In this document: piece by piece, positions 1-9,666 of the stretch | How the letters are laid out: every line of letters begins with the position of its first letter | How positions within the stretch are numbered: the stretch's first letter is position 1 | Source of the DNA: an uncultured Bacteroidales bacterium | Lineage (GTDB): Bacteria > Bacteroidota > Bacteroidia > Bacteroidales > JAAYJT01 | Length of the DNA stretch: 64,000 nt | Reading direction: 5' to 3' | Assembly: GCA_964550455.1 (NCBI GenBank) | Contig: CAZJZG010000013.1 | Location: forward strand, 5,508-69,507 | Notes under the pieces: model-generated | Seen by the model: the letters and a program-made list of their open reading frames with translations, nothing else | Databases searched by the model: none | What the model was told of the DNA's origin: nothing | Translations under genes and position numbers: made by a program

Positions 1-475
1 GAGGAACACCATAGTTATTATTAAACCATCCATTAATAACTGAAGCCTCAGGATTGCCGGCATTGAAAATAAATGAACTGAATGTTAATGAGCTGGAGCC
101 TTCATCAACTAAAACACGAAATTTTAATTTCAACAAAATGCCATTACCGTGAAGGGCAGAATAACCAAATGATCCTATTATTAATTTATTCTGAGTGTTA
201 GCATTGGGTAAAACTGACCATCCTGGTGTTGCACTCAGAGTGCCGGAAGTAATAACATAAGGAGGTTCGGGAGTTATAACATTATTATCAAAATTGAGAA
301 CAAACTGATAAGCCTCAACATTCAATCCACTCAAATCACTGACTACGATGGGGATTTCAATAATTGTTCCGGAATAAAGAGTAACAGACGTATCAGGCAA
401 ATTCACAATTACTTCTGTTGCAAACAAGTGTGAAATTAATATTGTAAGAATAATTGTAAGATATAATTTCCTCAT
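1..475 (-). CDS. Secreted cohesin-like domain protein, N-terminal part only (gene continues past the window start)
   Basis: My translation from the ATG at 475: MRKLYLTIILTILISHLFATEV.. (signal peptide), then ..GTIIEIPIVVSDLSGLNVEAYQFVLNFDNNVITPEPPYVITSG..ILLKLKFRVL... This is paralogous to the cohesin-like module of the adjacent 1748-aa protein. Absent from the ORF track because it is truncated. Confidence 0.7.
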   Translation of the reverse strand, partial: MRKLYLTIILTILISHLFATEVIVNLPDTSVTLYSGTIIEIPIVVSDLSGLNVEAYQFVLNFDNNVITPEPPYVITSGTLSATPGWSVLPNANTQNKLIIGSFGYSALHGNGILLKLKFRVLVDEGSSSLTFSSFIFNAGNPEASVINGWFNNNYGVP

Positions 476-536
476 AAATCAGTAATGTTAGGTAAATACA
501 GATAATAGCAGCCCGATTACAACAAACAACTCATAA

Positions 537-3500
537 TCAACGGATAAGACTTATTCTTACCTGTTGTATATAGTTTTCGGTTTTCATACGTACAATATAC
601 CAACCCTGAGGCAACCTCCCATTTTCCTTACTTTTCCCATCCCAGGTTAAGTTATAAAAACCTTCATCCTGCATTCCTCTGTACAACACATCCACACTTC
701 TTCCAAATAAATCAATAATTTCTATTTCGATATTTCCATTTTCTATGACTTCATAAGCAATAGTAGTGGACGCTCTAAACGGATTGGGATATGCTGTAAG
801 CATAGCTCCTCCTTTACACAACGATGATGAAAACGGATTTGAAATTAAAATATCAGGAAATTCATGATCGTTTATAACAATATCTTTCAAAGCCAAAGAA
901 ACTGTTCCACAATGTCCTATTAAAACCCTTAGATTCAAATCCTGAGATAATATTCCCATTGGGTGGATAATTGCAATCCTGATAATTCTTTCGCTTATTT
1001 TATTGGTAAAAACACTATACCCCGGAGGAAGATCAATGAATTCAACACTGTTCAGATGCGAAACCGGATTTGTAACATCAAATGAAATAGAGAATATTTT
1101 TTCAGGACGAGTAATTCCTGTGAACAATATTTCAGCATTTATAAAGTCGTGTAGTTCTTCATAATTCCTTAATACTGCATTAAACTGAAAATCATATTCC
1201 AATGTTCCAATAGTAATATTATCATAATTAAAACATGTAGAAACTCCCGGTGGCATTGGCAAATTAATAGCAGCTCTTAAAATTAAAGCAGCATCAAAAG
1301 CTCTGACAAGATTATCTTCATTTACATCGGCATTATAAGCACCAACAGGCGGGAGAGTTATCAATCCTATACTGTGTTTCAAAACCAATGAGGCATCATA
1401 AGCCTGAACAACACCATTTTCGTCAGCATCGCCACAGTTTCTTATGGGAACATTCAAAAATCCATTAGTGATTTCAACTAATGGATTATTACCATTAAAA
1501 ACAAACTCATCAAAACTCAAATCCGATGAAGTTCCCTGTTCACCAACAACCTTAAATTTTAATTTAGCAAGAACTCCGGAGCCTGATAATGGTTCAGACC
1601 CAAGAGCAGAAACAGAAAGCTTGTCAGCCTCCGGCTGATCAATTATCAGCGTCCAGCCCGCATTTCCTAACATTGTTCCGGTTGTGATCACATAAGGAGG
1701 TGAAGGTATCAAAACAGAAGCATCATAAGAAAAAATGAATTCGTTTGTGATAATCCCGTAACCGGTCAAATCGCTTACCATTACAGGTATTTCTATAATA
1801 GCATTAGTACCTGCAATAAGTTCAGGTAAAATAACACGTTCAGTACCCTGGCCAGGTAGTTGAAGCAAATAAGATTCTCTAACCGGCAATCCGGCACTAA
1901 AAACGGAGATTTCAGCAATTCTGACTGAATCAGTAATATTAGCATTAAATATTAATGTAATAGTATCATTATCAGAACCATTAACAGGTGACACCTGCAA
2001 CCATGGAACATTACTTTCTGCAGTCCAGTTTGTATTGGATATTACTGATAAATAAGCCATGCCACTGGATGGACCTACAGTTAAACTATCAGGTTCAAGA
2101 ATAAGAATAAATGGTGTTCCCTGATTGATTGTCACTACTTCAGAAGGCAGACCAGATACATTTACATAGATCAATCCCTGACGAACAGTGCTGGAGTTAG
2201 CATCATAATTTAGAGTGATCGTGGCATTACCAATTCCACTCTCAGGAATTACATGAAGCCAGGTTTCTGAATTAGAAATTTCCCATAAAGCATTTGAGGT
2301 AATAGAAAAATAAATAGTACCTGCCTCAGGATCAACAAAATGCTCTGATGGAATAACGCTTAAAAATGCCGGCGCTGCAACCTGTTCAATGATTACGGAT
2401 GCCTCTGCTATACCATCAGAAGTCATAAAGTTAATTACTCCCTGCCGGCTGAGTGCAAAGGGGTTTTCAGCAAAAGATACTGTTATTGTTCCGTCAAGCT
2501 CACCTGCAACAGGAGCAAAAGTCAGCCAGGGAACATTGGTGCTGGCTGTCCAGTGAGTATTTGAGCTTACTGTCAAAATACAGGTTCCGGCTTCAAAACC
2601 AACCTCCTGAAATGAAGGACTTACACTTATTGTTGGTGGAGCACCTGACTGATAGAGAACAACTTCAAATTCAAGTATGTCATCGGTAGTTCTTATGGTT
2701 ATTGTAGCGCTACGCGGTGTTGCTAAAAGGTTCTCATCATAAAAAACAGTAAAACCTTGATCTAAATAGCCCTCAAACGGATCTATCTCAAGCCAGTTTG
2801 CATTCGTAGCAACTGTCCAGCCGGTATTTGAACTTACACTGAAACCAATGCTTCCTTGCTGATGTCCAACTTGTTGCTCTGATGGAATTACAACCAATGT
2901 TGGTTCTGCACCGGATTGAATAATGGTTATACTTGTGGTGACTGTTCCACCTAAGGTTTCCAGAATAATTTTTCCTGAACGGGTAACAGTATATTGATTG
3001 GATTCATAGGTAATGATCAATGTTTTATCGCCAAATCCTGCAAGCGGAGTGGCTTCTAACCAGGCGTCAACAAAGGTTATTTCCCAGTTTGCATTCGATA
3101 AAATATCAACTTCAGTAATGCCTGTTTCTGATATTACTTCAATAAATTCTGGAATAACGCTTAAAAATGCCGGCGCTGCAACCTGTTCAATGATTACGGA
3201 TGCCTCTGCTATACCATCAGAAGTCATAAAGTTAATTACTCCCTGCCGGCTGAGTGCAAAGGGGTTTTCAGCAAAAGATACTGTTATTGTTCCGTCAAGC
3301 TCACCTGCAACAGGAGCAAAAGTCAGCCAGGGAACATTGGTGCTGGCTGTCCAGTGAGTATTTGAGCTTACTGTCAAAATACAGGTTCCGGCTTCAAAAC
3401 CAACCTCCTGAAATGAAGGACTTACACTTATTGTTGGTGGAGCACCTGACTGATAGAGAACAACTTCAAATTCAAGTATGTCATCGGTAGTTCTTATGGT

Positions 3501-5783
3501 TATTGTAGCGCTACGCGGTGTTGCTAAAAGGTTCTCATCATAAAAAACAGTAAAACCTTGATCTAAATAGCCCTCAAACGGATCTATCTCAAGCCAGTTT
3601 GCATTCGTAGCAACTGTCCAGCCGGTATTTGAACTTACACTGAAACCAATGCTTCCTTGCTGATGTCCAACTTGTTGCTCTGATGGAATTACAACCAATG
3701 TTGGTTCTGCACCGGATTGAATAATGGTTATACTTGTGGTGACTGTTCCACCTAAGGTTTCCAGAATAATTTTTCCTGAACGGGTAACAGTATATTGATT
3801 GGATTCATAGGTAATGATCAATGTTTTATCGCCAAATCCTGCAAGCGGAGTGGCTTCTAACCAGGCGTCAACAAAGGTTATTTCCCAGTTTGCATTCGAT
3901 AAAATATCAACTTCAGTAATGCCTGTTTCTGATATTACTTCAATAAATTCTGGAATAACGCTTAAAAATGCCGGCGCTGCAACCTGTTCAATGATTACGG
4001 ATGCCTCTGCTATACCATCAGAAGTCATAAAGTTAATTACTCCCTGCCGGCTGAGTGCAAAGGGGTTTTCAGCAAAAGATACTGTTATTGTTCCGTCAAG
4101 CTCACCTGCAACAGGAGCAAAAGTCAGCCAGGGAACATTGGTGCTGGCTGTCCAGTGAGTATTTGAGCTTACTGTCAAAATACAGGTTCCGGCTTCAAAA
4201 CCAACCTCCTGAAATGAAGGACTTACACTTATTGTTGGTGGAGCACCTGACTGATAGAGAACAACTTCAAATTCAAGTATGTCATCGGTAGTTCTTATGG
4301 TTATTGTAGCGCTACGCGGTGTTGCTAAAAGGTTCTCATCATAAAAAACAGTAAAACCTTGATCTAAATAGCCCTCAAACGGATCTATCTCAAGCCAGTT
4401 TGCATTCGTAGCAACTGTCCAGCCGGTATTTGAACTTACACTGAAACCAATGCTTCCTTGCTGATGTCCAACTTGTTGCTCTGATGGAATTACAACCAAT
4501 GTTGGTTCTGCACCGGATTGAATAATGGTTATACTTGTGGTGACTGTTCCACCTAAGGTTTCCAGAATAATTTTTCCTGAACGGGTAACAGTATATTGAT
4601 TGGATTCATAGGTAATGATCAATGTTTTATCGCCATTAGCTGAAAGAGGATCAATACTAAGCCAGTCACTATGCTCATTAACAATCCATTCTGTATTTGA
4701 AGTCACTGTTACGGATATAGTTCCTGGGTCAGCATTAACTTGTGCAAATTCAGGGTTCGCAATAATATAAACAAAAGCTCCATCCTGATTTATAACAAAA
4801 GTATCTCCAATATCTTCAATATCAGAATAAATGGAAACAATACCTGATCGGGGAGTTATACTAATATTTTCATTATAATGAATTGTGATTACCTGCATAT
4901 TTGACCCGGATTCAGGATTAACATCAAACCAAACCTCATTTGCATCAATCATCCAGTTTACATTTGATTCGATTGAAAAAGCAGTATTTCCTGAACCGGA
5001 ACCAACATTAATAGTATCGGGATTTATTGTCAAATATGGTGTTGCCCCTTCCTGAACAACTGAAAGTACAATAAAATAATCTAAACTATCAGCTATTATG
5101 ATGAATTCACCTGTACGCTCATAAGCTGAATAATTAGCATCGTAAGCTACAGTAAGTTCTTGTATGCTATCTCCCGCCATGGGATTAATATTTATCCAAT
5201 CAATATTTTCAACTACTCTCCATGAAGTATTTGAAGTTATTGAAAACGTCGTAAACCCAGCGTCAGCCGACACACTCTGAACGTTTGGATATCCTTCAAT
5301 TATTATAGGAAATCTTGCCTGATGAACTGTAACAATCACAGTTCCAATATTCTCAACCTCAACCAAAATATTTGCGATCCTTGGAACAAATAATTCATTA
5401 CTGGTATAAGTAGCTGTGATTGTACCAATACCAGTACCAGAATATGTTATTTCACACCAATCTTCGGCACATGTAGCAACCCAGTTAACACTATCAGGCG
5501 CAAGAACCATAAAACTAGTTATTCCTCCCTCGTAACTCACATATCTGCTTGATGGTACGACAAGCCCTTCGCTTTGCTGAAAGCCTTGTGTCATATGAAA
5601 TTGCATATTACCAAGTGTCTCAGTCGCAATTTCACCAATAGTTGAAGTAAGTATTATTTGTCCTGATATAAAATTATCCCCTCCTGAAGAAACTACCTCT
5701 CTTTCAATATATACCTGGGCATCAGCAGCCTGGTAAAAACAAGCAAACAATAGTAAAATATAGAGTTTTTTCATGCTGAGCAA
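537..5783 (-). CDS. Giant T9SS-secreted surface protein: signal peptide, about 14 BACON-like Ig-fold repeats, cohesin-like module, dockerin-like module, T9SS C-terminal sorting domain
   Basis: 1748-aa ORF. N-terminal signal MKKLYILLLFACFYQAADAQ. Repeated ~89-aa units show the BACON pattern (..SNTxW..xxxxxWL...P..G.....v.v..N....R.a.i.v). Cohesin-like IIEIPVMVSDLTGYGIITNEFIFSYDASVL..LAKLKFKVVG falls at about nt 1441-1845. Two dockerin Ca-loop repeats (GDADENGVVQAYDASLVL and ADVNEDNLVRAFDAALILRAA) fall at about nt 1262-1437. The C-terminal ~87 aa (AYPNPF...YIVRMKTENYIQQVRISLIR, about nt 540-800) look like a Por/T9SS sorting domain. Confidence 0.9.
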   Translation of the reverse strand: MLSMKKLYILLLFACFYQAADAQVYIEREVVSSGGDNFISGQIILTSTIGEIATETLGNMQFHMTQGFQQSEGLVVPSSRYVSYEGGITSFMVLAPDSVNWVATCAEDWCEITYSGTGIGTITATYTSNELFVPRIANILVEVENIGTVIVTVHQARFPIIIEGYPNVQSVSADAGFTTFSITSNTSWRVVENIDWININPMAGDSIQELTVAYDANYSAYERTGEFIIIADSLDYFIVLSVVQEGATPYLTINPDTINVGSGSGNTAFSIESNVNWMIDANEVWFDVNPESGSNMQVITIHYNENISITPRSGIVSIYSDIEDIGDTFVINQDGAFVYIIANPEFAQVNADPGTISVTVTSNTEWIVNEHSDWLSIDPLSANGDKTLIITYESNQYTVTRSGKIILETLGGTVTTSITIIQSGAEPTLVVIPSEQQVGHQQGSIGFSVSSNTGWTVATNANWLEIDPFEGYLDQGFTVFYDENLLATPRSATITIRTTDDILEFEVVLYQSGAPPTISVSPSFQEVGFEAGTCILTVSSNTHWTASTNVPWLTFAPVAGELDGTITVSFAENPFALSRQGVINFMTSDGIAEASVIIEQVAAPAFLSVIPEFIEVISETGITEVDILSNANWEITFVDAWLEATPLAGFGDKTLIITYESNQYTVTRSGKIILETLGGTVTTSITIIQSGAEPTLVVIPSEQQVGHQQGSIGFSVSSNTGWTVATNANWLEIDPFEGYLDQGFTVFYDENLLATPRSATITIRTTDDILEFEVVLYQSGAPPTISVSPSFQEVGFEAGTCILTVSSNTHWTASTNVPWLTFAPVAGELDGTITVSFAENPFALSRQGVINFMTSDGIAEASVIIEQVAAPAFLSVIPEFIEVISETGITEVDILSNANWEITFVDAWLEATPLAGFGDKTLIITYESNQYTVTRSGKIILETLGGTVTTSITIIQSGAEPTLVVIPSEQQVGHQQGSIGFSVSSNTGWTVATNANWLEIDPFEGYLDQGFTVFYDENLLATPRSATITIRTTDDILEFEVVLYQSGAPPTISVSPSFQEVGFEAGTCILTVSSNTHWTASTNVPWLTFAPVAGELDGTITVSFAENPFALSRQGVINFMTSDGIAEASVIIEQVAAPAFLSVIPSEHFVDPEAGTIYFSITSNALWEISNSETWLHVIPESGIGNATITLNYDANSSTVRQGLIYVNVSGLPSEVVTINQGTPFILILEPDSLTVGPSSGMAYLSVISNTNWTAESNVPWLQVSPVNGSDNDTITLIFNANITDSVRIAEISVFSAGLPVRESYLLQLPGQGTERVILPELIAGTNAIIEIPVMVSDLTGYGIITNEFIFSYDASVLIPSPPYVITTGTMLGNAGWTLIIDQPEADKLSVSALGSEPLSGSGVLAKLKFKVVGEQGTSSDLSFDEFVFNGNNPLVEITNGFLNVPIRNCGDADENGVVQAYDASLVLKHSIGLITLPPVGAYNADVNEDNLVRAFDAALILRAAINLPMPPGVSTCFNYDNITIGTLEYDFQFNAVLRNYEELHDFINAEILFTGITRPEKIFSISFDVTNPVSHLNSVEFIDLPPGYSVFTNKISERIIRIAIIHPMGILSQDLNLRVLIGHCGTVSLALKDIVINDHEFPDILISNPFSSSLCKGGAMLTAYPNPFRASTTIAYEVIENGNIEIEIIDLFGRSVDVLYRGMQDEGFYNLTWDGKSKENGRLPQGWYIVRMKTENYIQQVRISLIR
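2349..4635. repeat. Tandem repeat, 801-bp unit x 2.85 copies, apparently 100% identical, inside the giant BACON protein gene (each unit encodes 267 aa, i.e. 3 BACON domains)
   Basis: Sequence from 2349 recurs at 3150 and 3951. Shadow ORFs 2453..2689, 3254..3490 and 4055..4291 are identical, as are 3013..3357 and 3814..4158. Identity ends at 4635 (3835 a versus 4636 t). Confidence 0.95.
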
Positions 5784-6238
5784 TATTCGTTGATTACAAA
5801 GTAATTAAGATAGCTATCAAAGGCCAAGAAAAAGAAAGAACCTAAACACCTGTTTTACAATTCGCTACCGTCACTTACAAACAGAACAGTCACTTAGAAA
5901 AACTAATTACTAAAAAATTATCCCCTATTCCTAAAGCATGCCTGGATGAGTAACATCCTAACATTGTGCACAAAAGTAATAATTATATTTTGTTAGTAAG
6001 TTGTTTGTAACTTTTTTTTAAAAAATTTATCATCAACAATAAGGATATTAACCTTTAAAATTTGGAAATCATTTAGAGATAATTTGCTATTTTTAATTAG
6101 TCTATTTAACATCTTATTTTAACTAATTTAAATCTTGATAATAATCTATTCGTCAAAGATTCAATATTAGAACCTGCCTTACCAGCAATAATCCAAAAAC
6201 ATTTACTTTAGCAGACTGAATTAATCATTCAATAAACT

Positions 6239-7219
6239 ATGAAAGAACTTTATCCTTTGAAATTCAGTCCTTTGTTTAAAGACAAAATATGGGGTGGCGA
6301 TAAAATAAAATCGGTGCTTGGACTTGATTACAGCCCTTTGCCGAATTGCGGCGAAGCATGGGTTTTATCAGGAGTAGAAAATAACGAGACCATTGTCAGT
6401 GATGGCTGGCTACAAGGTAATCATTTGAATGAACTGCTTGAAATTTATATGGATGACCTTGTTGGTGAAAAATTGTTTGAGCGCTATGGAAATGAGTTTC
6501 CACTACTGATTAAATTACTTGATGCTAACGACTGGCTTTCTATTCAGGTGCATCCTAATGATGAACTTGCAAAAAAGCGTCATAATGGATCCGGGAAAAC
6601 CGAAATGTGGTATATCTTACAAGCCGACCAAAATGCTCAGCTTATAAGTGGATTTAACCAGGAAATGACAAAGGAAAAATATCTGGATTTTCTAAATAGC
6701 AATAAACTACCTCAAATCATGAATTTTGAGAAAGTAAGTCCCAGTGATGTTTTCTATATGCCTTCAGGTCGCGTTCATGCTTTGGGACCGGGAATATTAC
6801 TGGCTGAAATCCAGCAGACTTCTGATATCACATACCGTATGTATGATTGGGACAGGGTAGATTCAGAAGGTAAAGCAAGGGATTTGCATACTGACCTGGC
6901 TCTTGATGCCATTGATTTTAAAGTTTATGATGATTATCGCAGACAACCTCAAACCCATCCAGATCAGGCAACTTTACTTATGGAAAGTCCTTATTTCATT
7001 ACTAATAAGCTGTTACTAACAAAACCTTTAATTAGGGATTATTCTGAGCTTGATTCCTGTGTGATATATCTTTGTGTCAATGGGTTAGCCAATATCGAGT
7101 ATTCCGGAGGAAATATCAGTATAAAAACCGGAGAATGTATTCTGGTACCAGCACTTACGAATATAACAAAGATCATCCCGAAATCTGATACAAATATTCT
7201 TGAAATATTCCCACTTTAA
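6239..7219 (+). CDS. manA: Mannose-6-phosphate isomerase, class I
   Basis: 326 aa. Motifs WGGDKI, GEAWVLSG, SIQVHPND, GKTEMWYIL and YRMYDWDR are typical of type I PMI. Confidence 0.85.
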   Translation: MKELYPLKFSPLFKDKIWGGDKIKSVLGLDYSPLPNCGEAWVLSGVENNETIVSDGWLQGNHLNELLEIYMDDLVGEKLFERYGNEFPLLIKLLDANDWLSIQVHPNDELAKKRHNGSGKTEMWYILQADQNAQLISGFNQEMTKEKYLDFLNSNKLPQIMNFEKVSPSDVFYMPSGRVHALGPGILLAEIQQTSDITYRMYDWDRVDSEGKARDLHTDLALDAIDFKVYDDYRRQPQTHPDQATLLMESPYFITNKLLLTKPLIRDYSELDSCVIYLCVNGLANIEYSGGNISIKTGECILVPALTNITKIIPKSDTNILEIFPL

Positions 7220-7440
7220 TCATTTTAACGAATTCCAGAACTTAGAATCGGGGTACTTGTTTGTAAACATACTTTTAAACAAATACCATAGATTATTTGC
7301 AATTCATAAGTTATCGGAGTTGGTATTACAATTTTAAGAGCACAAGCAATGTTATTATTCATATTTCAATTAGGTTTGCAAAACTTATAACCTGCTTTGA
7401 AACATTAGTCTGCTTATTGCAATACATTCAAATTCATTAT

Positions 7441-9273
7441 ATGACCCTTTTATTCTGGCAAAAACTGAAACAACAAATATCCGGTAACTGGCGATTATTT
7501 GTTATTTCTCTGTTTGTTGCAGGCTCATGTGCAAATCCTGTTGCTCCAACCGGTGGTCCCCGCGATAGTGATCCGCCAAAAATGTTGCGTTCTGTTCCTG
7601 AAAATGGTTCGGTAAATTTTAAAGAAAACGAAATAACAATCTATTTTGACGAATACATTCAACTAAAAGGACTGCAGCAAAGTTTTCTGAGCTCCCCTCC
7701 TTTTAAGAAAGTGCCTGAAACCCGTGTAAAAGGAAAATCTCTTGTTATACGATTAACCGAAGAATTACGTGACAATACGACATACACACTATTTTTTGGC
7801 AACTCAATTACTGATTTAAACGAAGGTAATCCAATTCAAAACTTCCGCTATGTCTTTTCAACCGGTCCGGTTCTAGATTCAATGGAAATAGCCGGAAAGG
7901 TAATGAATGCTTATTCTCTAAAACCTGAGAAAGATATATTTGTAATGCTTTACGATGATTTCCGGGATTCAATTCCATACCTCGAAAGACCATATTATGT
8001 TTCAAAAACTGATGATGATGGGCTTTTCTATTTTACCAATCTTCGTAATGTGCCATACAAAATATTCGCTTTGAGCGATATGAACGCAAATCTGATTTAT
8101 GATCTTCCTAACGAAGAAATTGCATTTATTAAGGATTCGGTTTATCCGGTAATATCGTCAGTATCATCACAATTTATAATAACTACTCCTGATGAGGCAA
8201 TCAACACAAATATCATTGAGCATCCGGGATCGGAACAAAACAAAAAGGAATTGCCGTTGATCGTTGAATCCGGAATCCAGGAAAAAAATAATAAGGATTC
8301 ATTACGAATTAAGAACAAACATGATGAGCTTCAGCTTTATCTTTTTGTAGAATCTGATTTAACCCAGGGTCTTCAAAAAGCCGATTACTATCATCCTGAC
8401 AGGCTGATATTCACCTTCCGTCAACCAGTCGAAGACCTGACAATCAGGCTGATTCCTGAAACTGATTCAATGTGGTACCTGACTGAGTTAAATAAAACCA
8501 GCGACACTCTTTATTACTGGCTCACCGAGATTGAACGCGACAGCCTTAAACTGGAATTAGGTGCCAAAGATCTGGAAACTGACACTATACAAATCCCCCT
8601 TGTTAAATTGCATAAATATCGCTCGGAAGAGGAAAACTCAACTATCAAACTTGATGTGAGACATAATGTTTCCCGATCAAAACCCTTTAATCTTAATGAA
8701 CCCGTTACTCTAATTTTTTCTGAACCAATTTCAGATTTTCAAAAGGATCGAATTCAGCTAATGGAAGACTCTGTGATAATTGAGCCAAAAATCCGATTCA
8801 CTGATGAAATTAAAAGAACACTGTCAATAAATCATTCATGGAAAGATACTACAGCTTATTCCCTTTTGATCCCGGATTCTGTGTTCACGAGTATTTATGG
8901 CAGTTGTAACGACACTCTGAATCAAACCTTTAAAACAAGGGCATCAGATGATTATGCTAATCTAAAAATTAAACTTGATCATGATTTAAAAAACGGACAA
9001 CTATTGATAATGTTATTTGATGATCACAATGCAGTAATAAAACAGACAACTATAAATGTTAATGAAAAAGAGGTGGTTTTTTCATTTCTATTACCGGGGA
9101 AATATTTTGTACGAGCAATATACGATAGTAATTCTAATGGAAAATGGGATTCAGGTAACTATTTAAATAAGAAACAACCTGAAAAAGTATTTGCTCTGGA
9201 AAAAACAATTGAATTGCGAAGCAACTGGGACCTGGAAGAAACCTTAATAATACCTGACATCAAAGATCAGTAA
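7441..9273 (+). CDS. Ig-like (Big_5/SbsA-type) domain lipoprotein with a DUF2141-like C-terminus
   Basis: The ATG at 7441 gives MTLLFWQKLKQQISGNWRLFVISLFVAGSCANP (lipobox). Then PPKMLRSVPENGSVNFKENEITIYFDEYI (Big_5-like). C-terminus has GKYFVRAIYDSNSNGKWDSGNY. The track's 7297 start is a TTG extension without a signal peptide. Confidence 0.7.
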   Translation: MTLLFWQKLKQQISGNWRLFVISLFVAGSCANPVAPTGGPRDSDPPKMLRSVPENGSVNFKENEITIYFDEYIQLKGLQQSFLSSPPFKKVPETRVKGKSLVIRLTEELRDNTTYTLFFGNSITDLNEGNPIQNFRYVFSTGPVLDSMEIAGKVMNAYSLKPEKDIFVMLYDDFRDSIPYLERPYYVSKTDDDGLFYFTNLRNVPYKIFALSDMNANLIYDLPNEEIAFIKDSVYPVISSVSSQFIITTPDEAINTNIIEHPGSEQNKKELPLIVESGIQEKNNKDSLRIKNKHDELQLYLFVESDLTQGLQKADYYHPDRLIFTFRQPVEDLTIRLIPETDSMWYLTELNKTSDTLYYWLTEIERDSLKLELGAKDLETDTIQIPLVKLHKYRSEEENSTIKLDVRHNVSRSKPFNLNEPVTLIFSEPISDFQKDRIQLMEDSVIIEPKIRFTDEIKRTLSINHSWKDTTAYSLLIPDSVFTSIYGSCNDTLNQTFKTRASDDYANLKIKLDHDLKNGQLLIMLFDDHNAVIKQTTINVNEKEVVFSFLLPGKYFVRAIYDSNSNGKWDSGNYLNKKQPEKVFALEKTIELRSNWDLEETLIIPDIKDQ

Positions 9274-9301
9274 ATTGAGAAGAATGCCTTATTAAAGTGC
9301 A

Positions 9302-9601
9302 TTAATCGCCATGACATTTATTGATACAATAAAGAATATCGGACAAGGCTTTATTTTTTAAAGAATAATTTATTTTTTTGCCTTCTCTTTTTGAAATCAG
9401 CAAGCCCTTATTCTTTAATACATTCAAATGGTGAGAAGCCGTAGCCTGTTCAATGTTAAGGCGTTCATAAATCTGAGTAACACTCATCCTTTTCTCTCCT
9501 TTAAGTAAATCAATTATGGCAATTCTCATTGGATGAGCCATAGCTCTTAACTTGCTTGATGCAGCCTCAAGTTTAACAATGTCTAATTCCGTTTCTTTCA
9601 T
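9302..9601 (-). CDS. ArsR/SmtB-family winged-helix transcriptional regulator
   Basis: HPMRIAIIDLL...MSVTQIYERLNIEQATASHHLNVLKNKGLL. First ATG is at 9601; the track start at 9619 is TTG. Confidence 0.8.
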   Translation of the reverse strand: MKETELDIVKLEAASSKLRAMAHPMRIAIIDLLKGEKRMSVTQIYERLNIEQATASHHLNVLKNKGLLISKREGKKINYSLKNKALSDILYCINKCHGD

Positions 9602-9666
9602 AACGCTAAATTTTTGCAAATATAAAAATTTAACATTAAAAAAAATAGTTATATAGATGTTTTTGA

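Noticed and set aside
1444-4291. Plus-strand ORFs 1444..1638, 2453..2689, 3013..3357, 3254..3490, 3814..4158 and 4055..4291, several in identical copies
   Set aside because: They are antisense shadows inside the 1748-aa minus-strand gene. Their multiplicity simply reflects the 801-bp tandem repeat, and their products are low-complexity with no motifs.
2349-4635. Possibility that the regular repeats form a CRISPR array
   Set aside because: The unit is 801 bp with no repeat-spacer organisation, it is fully coding in-frame for BACON domains, and no cas genes are present in the window.
7297-7440. N-terminal 48-codon extension of the Ig-like lipoprotein ORF
   Set aside because: It starts at TTG and gives a non-signal N-terminus. 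The ATG at 7441 yields a proper lipoprotein signal with a Cys lipobox.
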